A DNA stretch of 64,000 bases from an uncultured Planctomycetaceae bacterium (lineage in GTDB: Bacteria > Planctomycetota > Planctomycetia > Planctomycetales > Planctomycetaceae): NCBI GenBank assembly GCA_963813715.1, contig CAWFAK010000016.1:160001-224000 (forward strand), read 5' to 3'. The notes beneath the pieces are model-generated. The model ran no database searches and was not told the DNA's origin. It saw only the letters and a program-made list of their open reading frames with translations. The first letter of the stretch is position 1; each line of letters opens with the position of its first letter. This document shows positions 53,064 through 64,000 of the stretch, piece after piece. A program made the position numbers and the translations under genes.

Positions 53064-56000
53064 TCAGTGGGAACCGCGCCAGGTCACGGGGCAATTCGTT
53101 TCGAGATCAAAGTCCGGCCAGTTCTGCCGAATCCAGTCGGCTGCGTCGTGCACGGTGTGGAGCCGCCTCGACGTCGCGTTCGCATTTGGACTTTTTTTAG
53201 CCGCAGTATCCGGCGCCAAAAAGACTTGGGCGCCATTATGGAAGACCAACTCCTCAAATCGTTGCAGGAGGCATTCACACTGATCATCTACGCAAGCGGG
53301 ATGGGATAACAGTTGCGCCAACGGGCGGGGCGACACAACGGACCTCGCGACATCGATGCAATGCGGCAACTTATCATCCCAGCCGGACGGATACGAATGA
53401 AACGAAATATAGTTGAGCAAATCTTGCACTGCTGCTATCGAGAGACGGTCTCGCGACCGAGTATCCAAGTGCGGTGCAAGCAGCCCCAAGGCGTCCCAAG
53501 CCCGATTCGCACTGTCGCCAACCTCGATATCTCGGATCGAAAGCAAACGACTCCAGAAGTGTCTGACTTGCGAATCCTGGAGTCGCGGCGCCAGGCAAGT
53601 AACCCGCTAATCGCGAAGCGGTAGGTAGCGTCGCGGGCTGCTGCATTGTCCTCGATTGGCTTCTCCAGAATTCGGATGAGAGTGTCTCCGGCCTGTCTTG
53701 CTTCGGCCAGCGCCAATCGTGGTGCCAACGCGGCGAGCCCATCACCCACAGCAGGACTTCCCCAAGCCTCTACGAGTAGCGCGCGAGTCTGCATGACGGC
53801 AAGCAAAGCGTGCCACGCTTCGGACGCCTGCGTGGGAGTAAGCCGCGGAGCTAATGTGGTTATCCCGCCGGCTCCAATGTTCGGTGACCGCTCGATCATC
53901 GCGATAACTCGCTTGCAACCAATTGGATTGCACCTGCATCCAGTCGTGCCGATAGAGCTTTTAGTCCCTCGCAGATTTCGGGGTCCCTGGACGCGTCTGA
54001 GTTCTTCGCACGTGATATTAAGAGGGTGAACGCCCTCTCCACGTCTTCTTTCTCAACGCGTGACGCGACTCCGGCGAACTCCGCGGTTGCGCCTACGGAC
54101 GAACTCTTGAGCCGCGACATCACCTCCTGAATTACGCGTCGGAGCTCTTGCTGATCCAGTTTCGAGACCAACGCGGCCAAAGAGTTGGAGTCGACGTAGG
54201 TTATTGCACGCCCTTCTCTAAGCTCGGCAGTGCACGCGATGAATGCACGTTTTGCCTGTTGTGGATTAAGCCGGGGAGCAAGCCACTTTATGGCGCGATC
54301 GTTGCGCGCCCATGTACGGCGACTCTGGGAGAACCCGGATGAGCGCGTCCAAAACGAGGTCCACCTGCGCGGGTTGCAGATGCAAGGAGAGGGTCGACAG
54401 GGCTTTGCCTGAAAACAGAAATACGTATTGCCCCGACTCGTTGGTCTCTCGATTGCGTCGTTCTCCCAGAATAGGAATTAAGGCGTCCCAGCCGCGCTTG
54501 ATCTGTCGAGAATCGACCCGAGGTATTAGTGCCGCAAGTATTGATACCGCCCCAACAACGCAACCTGTCGCATGCGTTTTCCGAAGCACTGCAATCGAGG
54601 CATCGCCGGCACGTGCCGCTTGTTCTGGGCTGAGTCGTTCCGAGTACAGCTGCACCGCTTCTCCGAGACTGTGCCATGTCCCATCATCTGTTGACCGTTC
54701 GAGGATCAGCAGCAATGGTTCGACGCTTAACTGCACAATCTGTCGCGAATCTTTGCGAGTCGCGGCAAATGAAGTAAATTCGCCAAATCGATCACCGAGT
54801 TTATTGATCGGATTACTAAGGTACGCGCAGCTCTCTTCCCAAGCGGGTAAATCGGCCGAGCCTAGTGCCATGGCAAGCCAACACGCGGCTATGCGGATTC
54901 TCGGGTCGGCGGCCCTATCGCGCTGCTTGGATGAAAGGATTTTGCTCGCTTCTGCATACCCGGTCGGGCTTAGTCCAACGCACGACTGAATCACTCGTTC
55001 CGCACGACGTGCGACCCTGAAAGCAGTTTCTGGATTGTCCAACGCAATTTCGAGCACGCGCATTTTCAACGGAGATTCTGGGATGGCCGACCAATCGACG
55101 AAGCTGCGCAACTCGCCCGGGCTTTCGCCGCTCCCGGAGAACCCGATTGGACGCAACAGGCCGTACGCCAGTTGACGCTCGGCTTGATCTCGCTGCGCCG
55201 CCTCGTCCTTCAAAGCTTTGTCTTTTGCGTCACGATCTTTGGTAGCTTGCTCGAGCGCCTCGACAGCTCGCTCCTTCGATACGTCTGCAGCCTGCTCGGC
55301 TCGCCTCGCCCGGAACAGACCCCACGTTGTTCCGCCGATCCCGACGAGAAGCACGGCTCCGATCGCGGCCAGCGCGATCACTGGCCCTCGGTGTTTCCGC
55401 GCGAACTTCCGTATCCGATACGCCGCCGAAGGCGGCGAGGCCTCTACCGGCTCGTCATTGAGATATCGCAGCACATCCGCCGCGAAGGCGTTGGCCGTTT
55501 CGTAGCGGCGGTTGCGGTCTTTTTCGAGGGCCTTCATGGCGATCCAGTCGAGGTCGCCGTGGAACATTTTTGAGAGCTTGGCTGGCTCGGTTTTGCGTTG
55601 GGCGGCGATCGAGGGGAGCGCGTCGCCCGACTGGCTCAGGCGGAGGCTTGGTTTCGGCGGCTCTTCTTCGCGGATGATTTTGAGCAGCTCGTCGTAGGCG
55701 GCCTTGGCCAGGCGCTCTTTGTTGAAGGGGGTCGAGCCGGTGAGGAGTTCGTACAAGAGCACGCCGAGCGAATAGATGTCGCTGCGGGTGTCGATGTCGA
55801 GGCCGCTCATTTGGGCCTGCTCGGGGCTCATGTAGAGCGGCGTGCCGATCATTTGGGCGTAGCGGGTGTAGATCGTGCGTTCGGTGAGCGGCTGGTAGAG
55901 GGCCTTCGCGACGCCGAAGTCGATCACCTTCACCACCGGGCGGTCGTCGTGCAGCGTGATCAGCACATTCGACGGCTTGACGTCGCGGTGGATGATGCCT

Positions 56001-56599
56001 TTGAGATGGGCGTGCTGAATGGCGTTGCAGACCGGCACGAAGAGTTCCAGGCGCTCGCGGGGCGTGAGCTGGGCCTGGTCGCAGTACTCGGTGATCGGGA
56101 TGCCGCGGACGAGTTCCATCACGAAGTAAGGACGGCCGCTATCGGTCGTGCCGGCGTCGAGCACGCGGGCGATGTTCGGGTGGTCCATCAGGGCCAGGGC
56201 CTGCCGCTCGGCCTCGAAGCGGGCGATCACGTCGCGGGTGTCCATCCCCGGCTTGATGATCTTGAGGGCCACCTTGCGGCGGATCGGCTGTTGCTGCTCG
56301 GCGACGAAGACGAGACCGAATCCTCCCTCGCCGATCTGCTCCATCAGCTTGTAGGGGCCGATGGTCGAGCCGACCTGCTCGCGAATCGGCTCGCCAAGCC
56401 GCGTGGTGGCGATGGCCGCGGCCATTTTGTCGAGGGGCCCGCCCGATTCGCCGTAGGCGCAAAGCAGATCTTCGACGCGTTTTTGCAGAGGGTCGTCACC
56501 CTGGCAGGACCGCACGACGAACGCCGCCCGCTCGTCCGGATTCTGAATGTCGAGCGCGGCAAGAAAGATGCCTTTGGCGTCTTTCGGTGTGTCCGACAT
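53064..56599 (-). CDS. Ser/Thr protein kinase with TM helix and long helical-repeat C-terminus; C-terminal part split by about 4 frameshifts
   Basis: IGEGGFG, VALK, HRDVKPSN, DFG, GTPLYMSPEQ; LAPRL-type repeats continue through ORFs 53896-54180, 53435-53899 and 53064-53546. Confidence 0.88.
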
Positions 56600-56692
56600 C
56601 ACTGGCCCCGCTGTCGAAGCGTCTTCAATTCAGCCTGCTCGAGCTGCACCGCAGCACGATCTGAGGAGGACAAAAAGGGCTTCCTATCATGA

Positions 56693-56730
56693 CATGCGAC
56701 GAACGGGGCCGAAACGTCTCAGGAAATTTT
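56693..56730 (-). promoter_or_regulatory. Candidate alternative (ECF-type) promoter upstream of the kinase
   Basis: AAAATTTCC-TGAGAC-17 nt-CGCATG about 95 nt before the ATG; assignment to the ECF is inference. Confidence 0.4.
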
Positions 56731-56827
56731 GAAGATTTCGACTGGGGACGAATCCGCCACGCCATTCGGCGATCGGGAGCAAAAATTCACGTTTTGCTGA
56801 GATGGGCGCGCCGGCCGGGTTTTGGGA

Positions 56828-56870
56828 TAACACGGCGCTGAGTTAACACAGCGCTGAGTTAACACGGCGC
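56828..56870. repeat. 16-bp tandem repeat (2.7 copies)
   Basis: taacacggcgctgagt taacacagcgctgagt taacacggcgc. Confidence 0.85.
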
Positions 56871-56902
56871 GAGGGCACGAAGGAGTTTGCGGAGCAACGG
56901 AC

Positions 56903-57617
56903 GTGTGGGGCCGGATCAACAAATATCTGCGCGGCTCGTCGGGCGACGAGCGCTCCCAGTTGGTCCGTTTGCTGATCATTTTTTTGGGGACCTGGGCGTT
57001 CCTGGCCTTGGCCCACGAGATGCGCGCCGGCGCCACGCAAAGCTTGGATGAACGCGTGATGCGGGCCGTCCGCCGGTCCGACGATCCGGGCCTCCTCATT
57101 GGTCCGGCGTGGGTGCAGGACACGGCCCGCGACATCACGGCGCTCGGCGGCTACTCGGTCCTGATTCTGCTCGTTGCGATAACGGCCGGCTTTCTGCAAT
57201 TGCACGGTAAGCGGGGCGAAACGCGGTTTCTCGTGGGCGCGGCGGTCAGCGGCTACTTCGTCGGCATGCTGCTCAAGGCTTATTTCGTCCGCCCGCGGCC
57301 CGACGTGGTCCCGCAGCTCGAAATCGCCTACCAGACGAGCTTTCCCAGCGGCCATTCGATGATGTCAGCCATCATCTATCTCACCTTGGGCACGCTTTTA
57401 ACGCAGTTCGCCGGCAACTTGCCGCGGCTTCGGATTTATTTCTTGCTGTGCGCGCTGTTCCTGACCGGCATCGTCGGCGTCAGCCGCGTCTACCTGGGTG
57501 TGCACTATCCCACGCGACGTACTGGCCGGCTGGACGGCCGGACTGGTGTGGGCCAACCTCTGCGCGCTGGTCGCGGCGCGGCTGCAACGACGGGGCATGA
57601 TCGAGGAAGAAATCTGA
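56903..57617 (+). CDS. PAP2-family membrane phosphatase; one frameshift near 57515
   Basis: KAYFVRPRP, SFPSGHS, SRVYLGVHYPT then DVLAGW...EEEI* in the shifted frame. Confidence 0.9.
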
Positions 57618-57620
57618 GCG

Positions 57621-57691
57621 AGTCCAAGGTCGCCGACGCTGAGGTCTCTTCCGACCTTGGACTTTGGACTTTGGACATTGGACCTTGGACT
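57621..57691. repeat. Heptamer inverted-repeat element between convergent genes
   Basis: agtccaaggtc ... gaccttg gactttg gactttg gacattg gaccttg gact. Confidence 0.8.
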
Positions 57692-57698
57692 CTCTTCA

Positions 57699-58358
57699 TC
57701 AGAGCTCCGTCCGGTGTCGGATGATTTCGCCTTCGATCAGGTAGACCACGTCTTCCGCGATGTTGGTGGCGTGGTCGGCGACGCGTTCGACGTGGCGCGA
57801 GGCTGAGAAGAGGTGTAGCAGCGGCTCGATGTAGGCGGGGGTTTCTTTCATCCGCCGCAGGATTTCCTCGATGATCTCGCGATTGAGGCGATCGACGGTT
57901 TCATCGCGGCTGCAGACGCGGCGGGCCAGGCCGCTATCCATTTCAACGTAGGCATCGATACTGTTGCGGAGCATTTCGCCGGCGATTCCGGCCATTTCCT
58001 TGAGGTTGGCCGGCGCGTAAACCTCGGGCCACGTCACTAGCCCGCAGGCCCGCTCGGCAATGTGGACGGCCAGGTCGGCCACCCGCTCCAGCTCATTGGC
58101 GATCTTGAGCACGCTGCTGATGCGGCGGAGGTCGGTCGCTACCGGCTGGTGCATCGCGAGGATCTTGAGGCATTCTTCCTCGATCCGCACGTCCCACTCG
58201 TCGATCTCGTCGTCCTTGACCGACATCGCGCGGGCCCGATCGTAGTTGGGCTCGGCCAATTCGTCGACCGCTTGATGGACCATCTCCTCGACCATGGCGC
58301 ACATCGACAAAATGTCGTGGTGCAGGTCGTCCAGTTCGCGCGCCAGGTGTTTGGTCAT
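57699..58358 (-). CDS. phoU: Phosphate signalling/uptake regulator
   Basis: HQPVATDLR, ELERVADLA, VERVADHATNIAE. Confidence 0.96.
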   Translation of the reverse strand: MTKHLARELDDLHHDILSMCAMVEEMVHQAVDELAEPNYDRARAMSVKDDEIDEWDVRIEEECLKILAMHQPVATDLRRISSVLKIANELERVADLAVHIAERACGLVTWPEVYAPANLKEMAGIAGEMLRNSIDAYVEMDSGLARRVCSRDETVDRLNREIIEEILRRMKETPAYIEPLLHLFSASRHVERVADHATNIAEDVVYLIEGEIIRHRTEL

Positions 58359-58374
58359 GGACTTTCTGAAATTC

Positions 58375-59208
58375 CTAGCCGAAGCGGCCGGTGACGTAGT
58401 CTTCGGTTTGTTTCTGGCCGGGGCGGGTGAACATTTTGGGCGTGGCGTCGATTTCGATCAGGTGGCCGTGATTGAAGAAGGCCGTGCGATCGCTGACGCG
58501 GGCCGCCTGTTGCATGTTGTGCGTGACGATCACGATCGTGTAATTCTGCTTCAGCTCGAAGATCAAGTCTTCGACGCGGGCGGTCGAGGCCGGGTCGAGC
58601 GCCGAGGCCGGCTCGTCCATCAGCAGCACGTCGGGGTCGGTGGCTAGCGCCCGGGCGATGCAGAGTCGCTGCTGTTGACCGCCCGAGAGTTCCAGCGCGG
58701 AATCGGCGAGCCGATCTTTGACTTCGTCCCACAACCCGGCCCGGCGGAGACAGGCTTCGACGAGTTCGGTGAGCGATTTGGAGCTGCGTCGACCGGCCAC
58801 GCGCGGTCCATAGGCCACGTTCTCGAAGACCGACTTGGGAAAGGGAGTCGATTTCTGGAAGACCATGCCCACCCGTTTGCGGAGGGCGACGACGTCGATG
58901 GTCGGATCGTAAATGTCGGTGCCTTCGAGCATCACCTGGCCGGTCAGCCGGGTCCCCTCGATGATGTCGTTCATGCGGTTGAGAGTCCGCAGAAACGTGC
59001 TCTTGCCGCAGCCGGAGGGGCCGATGAGCGCGGTCACCGAACGCTCGGGGATCGACAGGGTGACGTCGAAGAGGGCCTGTGCGTCGCCGTAGTAGAAGGA
59101 GAGATTTCGCGCTTCGAGCTTCGTCTTCAGCCCGATCTTGGGATCGGGGGGCAGTCCGGCTTGGGCCGCCGCCCGGTCGTTGATGATTGTCGAAAGCCCG
59201 TTGAGCAT
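58375..59208 (-). CDS. pstB: Phosphate ABC transporter ATPase
   Basis: [53 protein letters not shown]. Confidence 0.97.
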   Translation of the reverse strand: MLNGLSTIINDRAAAQAGLPPDPKIGLKTKLEARNLSFYYGDAQALFDVTLSIPERSVTALIGPSGCGKSTFLRTLNRMNDIIEGTRLTGQVMLEGTDIYDPTIDVVALRKRVGMVFQKSTPFPKSVFENVAYGPRVAGRRSSKSLTELVEACLRRAGLWDEVKDRLADSALELSGGQQQRLCIARALATDPDVLLMDEPASALDPASTARVEDLIFELKQNYTIVIVTHNMQQAARVSDRTAFFNHGHLIEIDATPKMFTRPGQKQTEDYVTGRFG

Positions 59209-59225
59209 GGGTTGGTCGCCTTGTG

Positions 59226-60245
59226 CTACCAGCGAGTTTTTCGCTGCATCCGCGCGCGGATCACGCTGGCCGCGATATTGAAGACCTGCAGCAGGCCGAG
59301 CAAGACCAGAATGGCGGCCGCCGCCACATGACGGTATTCCTGCTCCGGCCGCGAAATCCAGTTGAAGATCAAAACGGGCAGCGCCGTGAACGAATCGAAG
59401 GGCGCCTCGGCCAGTCCGCCCGGGTGTTTCACCACGTCGACCGGGGACTCGATGCCCCCCGGCGTGTTGGCCAGGTAAACGGCGGCCCCCACCACCAAAA
59501 GGGGCGCCGTTTCGCCGATCGCGCGGGAGACCGAAAGGATCACGCCCGTGATAATTCCGGGCGTCGCGGCGGGCAACAGCTGGTGGCGAATGGTCTGCCA
59601 GTGCGTCGCGCCGAGCGCGTAGGAGGCCTGCCGCAGCGATGAAGGGACGGCTCGCAGCGCCTCGCGGGTGACCACAATCACCATCGGCAAAATCAACAGG
59701 CCCAGCGTCAGTCCGCCGGACAAAACCGTGCGGCCAAACGGCAGTGGGATATCGATGTGCACACTGGCCAAGCCGATCTCGAGCACCTTGGGTCGGCCCT
59801 GGAAGGCCCCGAACATTTTCACGAAGACGGCCATTCCCAAAATGCCGTAGACGATCGAGGGGACGCCCGCCAGGTTCGACAGGTTGATTTCGATCAGCGT
59901 GCGGAGCCAGCCTTTCTTTTCGTACTCTTCCAGAAAGATGCCCGCACCGACGCCGACCGGCACCGCAAACAGCGTGGCCAGCGTGACGAGCCAAGCGCTC
60001 CCCAACAGGCCGGCGAGAACGCCCGCCTCCGCTGGGTGACGCGAGTCGTAGTGAGTGAGAAACGACCACGACAGCCAGCCCGCTCCCTGCCACAGCACGC
60101 CGCCCAACAAGACGATCAACACGCCCAGCCCAAACCAGGCGGAGACCGCGCACGCTCCGGCAAACCCCCGGTTGACGAGGTCCGCCCGCGCGGACGCATC
60201 GGTCCGCGGGCGGCTCACTCCCAGTCCCGGTGCGGCGGCGCTCAT
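59226..60245 (-). CDS. pstA: Phosphate ABC transporter permease
   Basis: [27 protein letters not shown]. Confidence 0.95.
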   Translation of the reverse strand: MSAAAPGLGVSRPRTDASARADLVNRGFAGACAVSAWFGLGVLIVLLGGVLWQGAGWLSWSFLTHYDSRHPAEAGVLAGLLGSAWLVTLATLFAVPVGVGAGIFLEEYEKKGWLRTLIEINLSNLAGVPSIVYGILGMAVFVKMFGAFQGRPKVLEIGLASVHIDIPLPFGRTVLSGGLTLGLLILPMVIVVTREALRAVPSSLRQASYALGATHWQTIRHQLLPAATPGIITGVILSVSRAIGETAPLLVVGAAVYLANTPGGIESPVDVVKHPGGLAEAPFDSFTALPVLIFNWISRPEQEYRHVAAAAILVLLGLLQVFNIAASVIRARMQRKTRW

Positions 60246-61264
60246 TGATACGTCTCTCGGTAGCGGCGCATCACCAGGTGCGACAGCAAGTTCATCGCCA
60301 GCGTCACCGCGAACAACGTCATCGCGACGGCGAACAGGGCCTTGAAGTCGAGGCTCTGATGCGGCTTGTCACTGAAGCTGACATTCACGATGTAGGCGGT
60401 CATCGTTTCGACGCTGCGGAGCGGATTGAGCGTGAGGGCTGGCGTCTGTCCGGCCGCGATCGCCACGGCCATCGTTTCGCCAACGGCCCGCGAAATTGCC
60501 AACAGGAAAGAGGCCAGGATGCCCGAGAGCGCGGCCGGCACGACCACCCGCGTCGAGACGTGATACTTGGTGGAACCGAGGGCGTAGGCGGCCTCGCGGA
60601 GAGCTTGCGGCACCGACCGCAGTGCGTCTTCGCTCAGCGAGGCGACAATCGGAATGATCATGATCCCCACGACGATCCCGGCGCTGGCCGCGTTAAAGAT
60701 CTGCACGTCCCAGCCAAAGAGTCCGGTCAGCACGGGCCGCAAGAGGTAGGGCGTGATAAAAACCAGGGCGAAGTAGCCAAAGACCACGGTCGGAATCCCT
60801 GCCAGGATCTCGAGAATCGGCTTCACTTTGTTCCGCGTGCGGGGCGATGCGTATTCGCTCAGGTAGATCGAACCGGCCAGACCAATCGGCAGTCCGATCA
60901 GCGCGGCGATCCCCGCGACCAGAAACGTGCCGCACAACAGGGGCAAGATGCCGAAATGCCGGTCGGAAAACTGCGGCGTCCAGCGAGTCTCCGTGAAGAA
61001 CTGCCACGGCGACACGAGTTGAAAGAAGGCCTCGTGCGGCGGAACGGCAATCAGCGTTTCGGTCACCAGGACGTAAATGATGCCGACTGTCGTGAGGATC
61101 GAGGCCATCGCGCACGCCAACAGGATCAGGCGAATGGCCTGTTCGCGGGCGCGAACCAGCGACGAGCGCCGAATCAGTCCGTGTGGATTCGCCGGCGCGA
61201 GTTTGGCGGCCAGTCGCTCGGCCATCGGTGATTCGGCCCCGCGGTCCGTTAGAGGGCTTGGCAA
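60242..61264 (-). CDS. pstC: Phosphate ABC transporter permease
   Basis: [29 protein letters not shown]; start may be 61225. Confidence 0.95.
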   Translation of the reverse strand: MPSPLTDRGAESPMAERLAAKLAPANPHGLIRRSSLVRAREQAIRLILLACAMASILTTVGIIYVLVTETLIAVPPHEAFFQLVSPWQFFTETRWTPQFSDRHFGILPLLCGTFLVAGIAALIGLPIGLAGSIYLSEYASPRTRNKVKPILEILAGIPTVVFGYFALVFITPYLLRPVLTGLFGWDVQIFNAASAGIVVGIMIIPIVASLSEDALRSVPQALREAAYALGSTKYHVSTRVVVPAALSGILASFLLAISRAVGETMAVAIAAGQTPALTLNPLRSVETMTAYIVNVSFSDKPHQSLDFKALFAVAMTLFAVTLAMNLLSHLVMRRYRETYQ

Positions 61265-61277
61265 AAGTTGGGCAATC

Positions 61278-62328
61278 CTAGAACGCGCCGGCCGCGGTGC
61301 GCGTCAGCTGGGCGCGGGCTTTGGCATACTCGGCCGGTGGAAGCGGCAGGGAGTGCACCTCCGCGGCCAATCCCGGACCGCGGTCGAGATAGAAGTTTAA
61401 ATACTCCACGACCTCCCGGCGACACAAAGCCCGCCGGTTGACGTAGAGAAACAGCGGACGCGACAGCGGCGCATATTCTCCGCTGGCGATCGTGGCTTCG
61501 TTCGGCACGATCGCGGCGGATGGGTTTGAGCCAGCCGCAATCGGGACGGCCCGCACGGCCCCGCGGTTGAGCACGGAGTAAGCGTAGCCGAAATAGCCCA
61601 AGGCGCCGGTGTCTCCTTCCACGCCTTGCACCAGGAAATTGTCGTCGGAGCTTTGCTGGAAATCGGTCCGACAGTCTCCCCGTTTGCCGCAAATCACTTC
61701 GGTGAAGTACTCGAACGTGCCCGAGTCGGTGTCCGGGCCATAGAGCAGGATTTTGGTCGCCGGCCACGCCGGATCGATCTCGTTCCAAAAGCTGACGCGG
61801 CTGCCCGACTCCCAAATTCGCTTGAGCTGGGCGACGGTGAGTGCGCGGCACCAGGTGTTTTGTGGATTCACAACCACAGTCAGGCCGTCGAGTGCGACTT
61901 TCAGCTCGAGGTAATCCACGCCGTTCTGTTTGCAGGCAGTGATTTCTTCGGGCTCGATCGGCCGCGAGGCGTCGCAGATGTCGAGCTCGTCCACGTCGAA
62001 TCGCTTGAAGCCCCCGCCGGTACCGGCTCGGCCCAACGTCACCCGCACCTGACGATGCAGCTTGAGGAACTCCTCGGTCACCGCTTGCGTAATCACATAA
62101 ACGGTGCTCGATCCGTCGATGGTGATCGGGCCGCGTAGCGTTTGACCAGTCGCCGCCCGCTTTTCCGCGTCGGCTCGCGATCGACTGTCAGCCTCGGACC
62201 GATCCGCCTGCGAGACTGCTCCGGACGTCGGATCCGCATCTCGGATTCTGACATCCGCTGACGAACCCCGCGAAGGCGGCGAGGACGGCGAGTTGCAATC
62301 GGAAATTGACGACGGGCGAAGGCGACAT
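61278..62328 (-). CDS. pstS: Phosphate-binding lipoprotein; frameshift near 62243, after the lipobox
   Basis: GAGG RBS, MSPSP...FAGFVSGC lipobox; then [39 protein letters not shown] in the shifted frame. Confidence 0.92.
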
Positions 62329-62599
62329 GCGAGCCTCGATCATCGTCCGCCGTGGTTAAGAAAGAATGAAGAGACCGCCCGCCGACTGTCCGCTCGCACA
62401 CGAAAATTTAACTTTTGTCATCCGTTTTTGAGGGTTTTTACTTTGACTTACAAGTGTTCATGCGGTCTGATCGCAGGCTTGAGGGCGGAAGGTTCGGTTG
62501 AAGAGGAGGAGTCCTAAGCGGTTTCTGTGGAAGTTTTTGCGCTGGTTTTTTGCCAGCCGGGGTCGGTGTGGTCTTCTTACCAAGTAGGGGGGACGCAGT

Positions 62600-63898
62600 A
62601 TGCTGCGACACAAAAAGTCGGGGTTTACACTGATCGAGCTTCTTGTCGTCATCGCCATCATTGCCGTCTTAATTGCGCTTTTATTGCCAGCCGTGCAGTC
62701 GGCCCGGGAGGCGGCACGTCGCACCCAGTGCCGAAACAACCTCAAGCAAATCGCGCTGGCGGAACACAATTATCACGATATCAGTCAGAGGTTCACCCCC
62801 GCTCTCGACTTTCGCTGGGGTGACTACACGCCGAACGGACCCTGCTTCTGCACGGGCGTCATCTGCATCGGCTGTCTCAACGAGCACTTCGCCGGAGAGC
62901 GTTTGCTGCCGTTCCTGGAGGCCACCACTGTTTACAGCAGGATCTGCTTTAACAGCCCGATGTTTCCTCCCTGCTGCGAGCACCCAAGCAAAATCTATTG
63001 CTGCTTCAGCTGCCTCTGGAACTGTTCGGCGAACGGCCGAAACACGAAGGTCGGCCCTTATCCGGGCAAGAACATCAGCAATCCGTGCCTCGATCCGTGC
63101 AGCTCCACGCGTCCCGGCGCGGCAGTGATCCCGGCGTTTGTTTGCCCGTCGGCCCCGCGCGTCAACAACCCCTTCGTCGAGACGATCTCGCTTTCCTGCA
63201 AGTGCTACTATGGCGGCTGCGCGATCAGCGGCCAAAAGTGCGCCTTCCCTCCGGTATTGGCCGGTGCCAGCGACTACGAGCCCAACGGCGGCTACGCGTC
63301 GACTACCGTTAACTGCCTTAACTGCAAATGCCTCACGAACAAACAGTACCTGCCGCTCGGCGGCGCGTACTTGTTCCAGAACTGCAGCCAGCCGGAAATC
63401 AACCGGCTGGGTCCCATTAGCGTGTGGGAGGCAGGTGTGCCGATCGACAACATCGTAGACGGGACGTCCACCACTGTGCTGTTTGCCGAAGTGGCCGGCC
63501 GGCCGGACTTCTGGGTCCGCGGAGTTAAAATGACTCGCGCTCAAATCGCCGCCCCCGTTCCCGCCGGCCTTGGGGACGCCGCGACCGGTCCGGGCAACGT
63601 TCCCCCGTCCAACTGGGGCGGTTGCTGGGCCTGCACGGATAACGTCTTCATTACCAACCAGGGGACGAACCTCCAAGGGCTGCCGTATACGTACGTCTAC
63701 AACTCCGGCACGCCCGTCTGCTTCCTCAACTGCATCAATGTCGGTGGGCTTAACTGGTACGCGTTCCACCCCGGCGCAGTCGGCATTGCGCTGTGCGATG
63801 GTTCGGCCCGCATGATCAGCGAAAACACGGGCTTGACCGTGCTCTGCCGCATCATGAGCTATCGCGGCCACAAGCCGGTGACCGACAGCAGCTTCTAG
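62600..63898 (+). CDS. DUF1559 prepilin-type protein, exceptionally Cys-rich
   Basis: [56 protein letters not shown]. Confidence 0.95.
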   Translation: MLRHKKSGFTLIELLVVIAIIAVLIALLLPAVQSAREAARRTQCRNNLKQIALAEHNYHDISQRFTPALDFRWGDYTPNGPCFCTGVICIGCLNEHFAGERLLPFLEATTVYSRICFNSPMFPPCCEHPSKIYCCFSCLWNCSANGRNTKVGPYPGKNISNPCLDPCSSTRPGAAVIPAFVCPSAPRVNNPFVETISLSCKCYYGGCAISGQKCAFPPVLAGASDYEPNGGYASTTVNCLNCKCLTNKQYLPLGGAYLFQNCSQPEINRLGPISVWEAGVPIDNIVDGTSTTVLFAEVAGRPDFWVRGVKMTRAQIAAPVPAGLGDAATGPGNVPPSNWGGCWACTDNVFITNQGTNLQGLPYTYVYNSGTPVCFLNCINVGGLNWYAFHPGAVGIALCDGSARMISENTGLTVLCRIMSYRGHKPVTDSSF

Positions 63899-64000
63899 TC
63901 CTCGTCGAGGGCCCATTCGGGCGATTCGTTGATTCGTTTCACCGGTTTCTCTCCCAGGCTGGGATGGATCTTCCATCCCGGCCTGGGGCCGTTTTGACTT

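Noticed and set aside
62353..62371. Pho box (CTTCATTC-TTT-CTTAACCA, 11-bp period) upstream of pstS
   Set aside because: Only two weak units, and too close to the start codon to sit at a -35 position; cannot be supported

Overview
GC-rich chromosomal window, most likely from a Planctomycetota (Planctomycetaceae-like) bacterium. The assignment rests on DUF1559 prepilin-type genes, a TIGR02999-type ECF sigma factor with Ser/Thr kinases, and HEAT-repeat proteins. Most of the window is housekeeping: purE, mrp-sufE-sufS, dnaE, purF, pepF, clpX, bioA, mdh, gyrA, rfbB, ugd, prfB with its programmed +1 frameshift, a SNF2 helicase and pstSCAB-phoU. The standout is a compact type VII secretion-like operon at 31.0-36.7 kb: three WXG100-like helical proteins with WxD instead of WxG, plus one membrane-anchored FtsK/EccC-like ATPase. 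No other T7SS components are in the window, and the host is presumably diderm. Directly downstream is a more AT-rich two-gene cassette whose second gene has HEPN RNase motifs (candidate toxin or defence module). Other notable items: a duplicated promoter flanking a HEAT-repeat gene, an Mrp lacking its CxxC motif, a pseudo-protease, a very Cys-rich DUF1559 protein, a truncated DUF1559 remnant, a structured leader, several dispersed REP/REPIN-like families and a roughly 1 kb intergenic stack of hairpins and repeats. Many genes carry small indels that look like sequencing or assembly errors. No rRNA, tRNA, CRISPR array or transposase was recognised.
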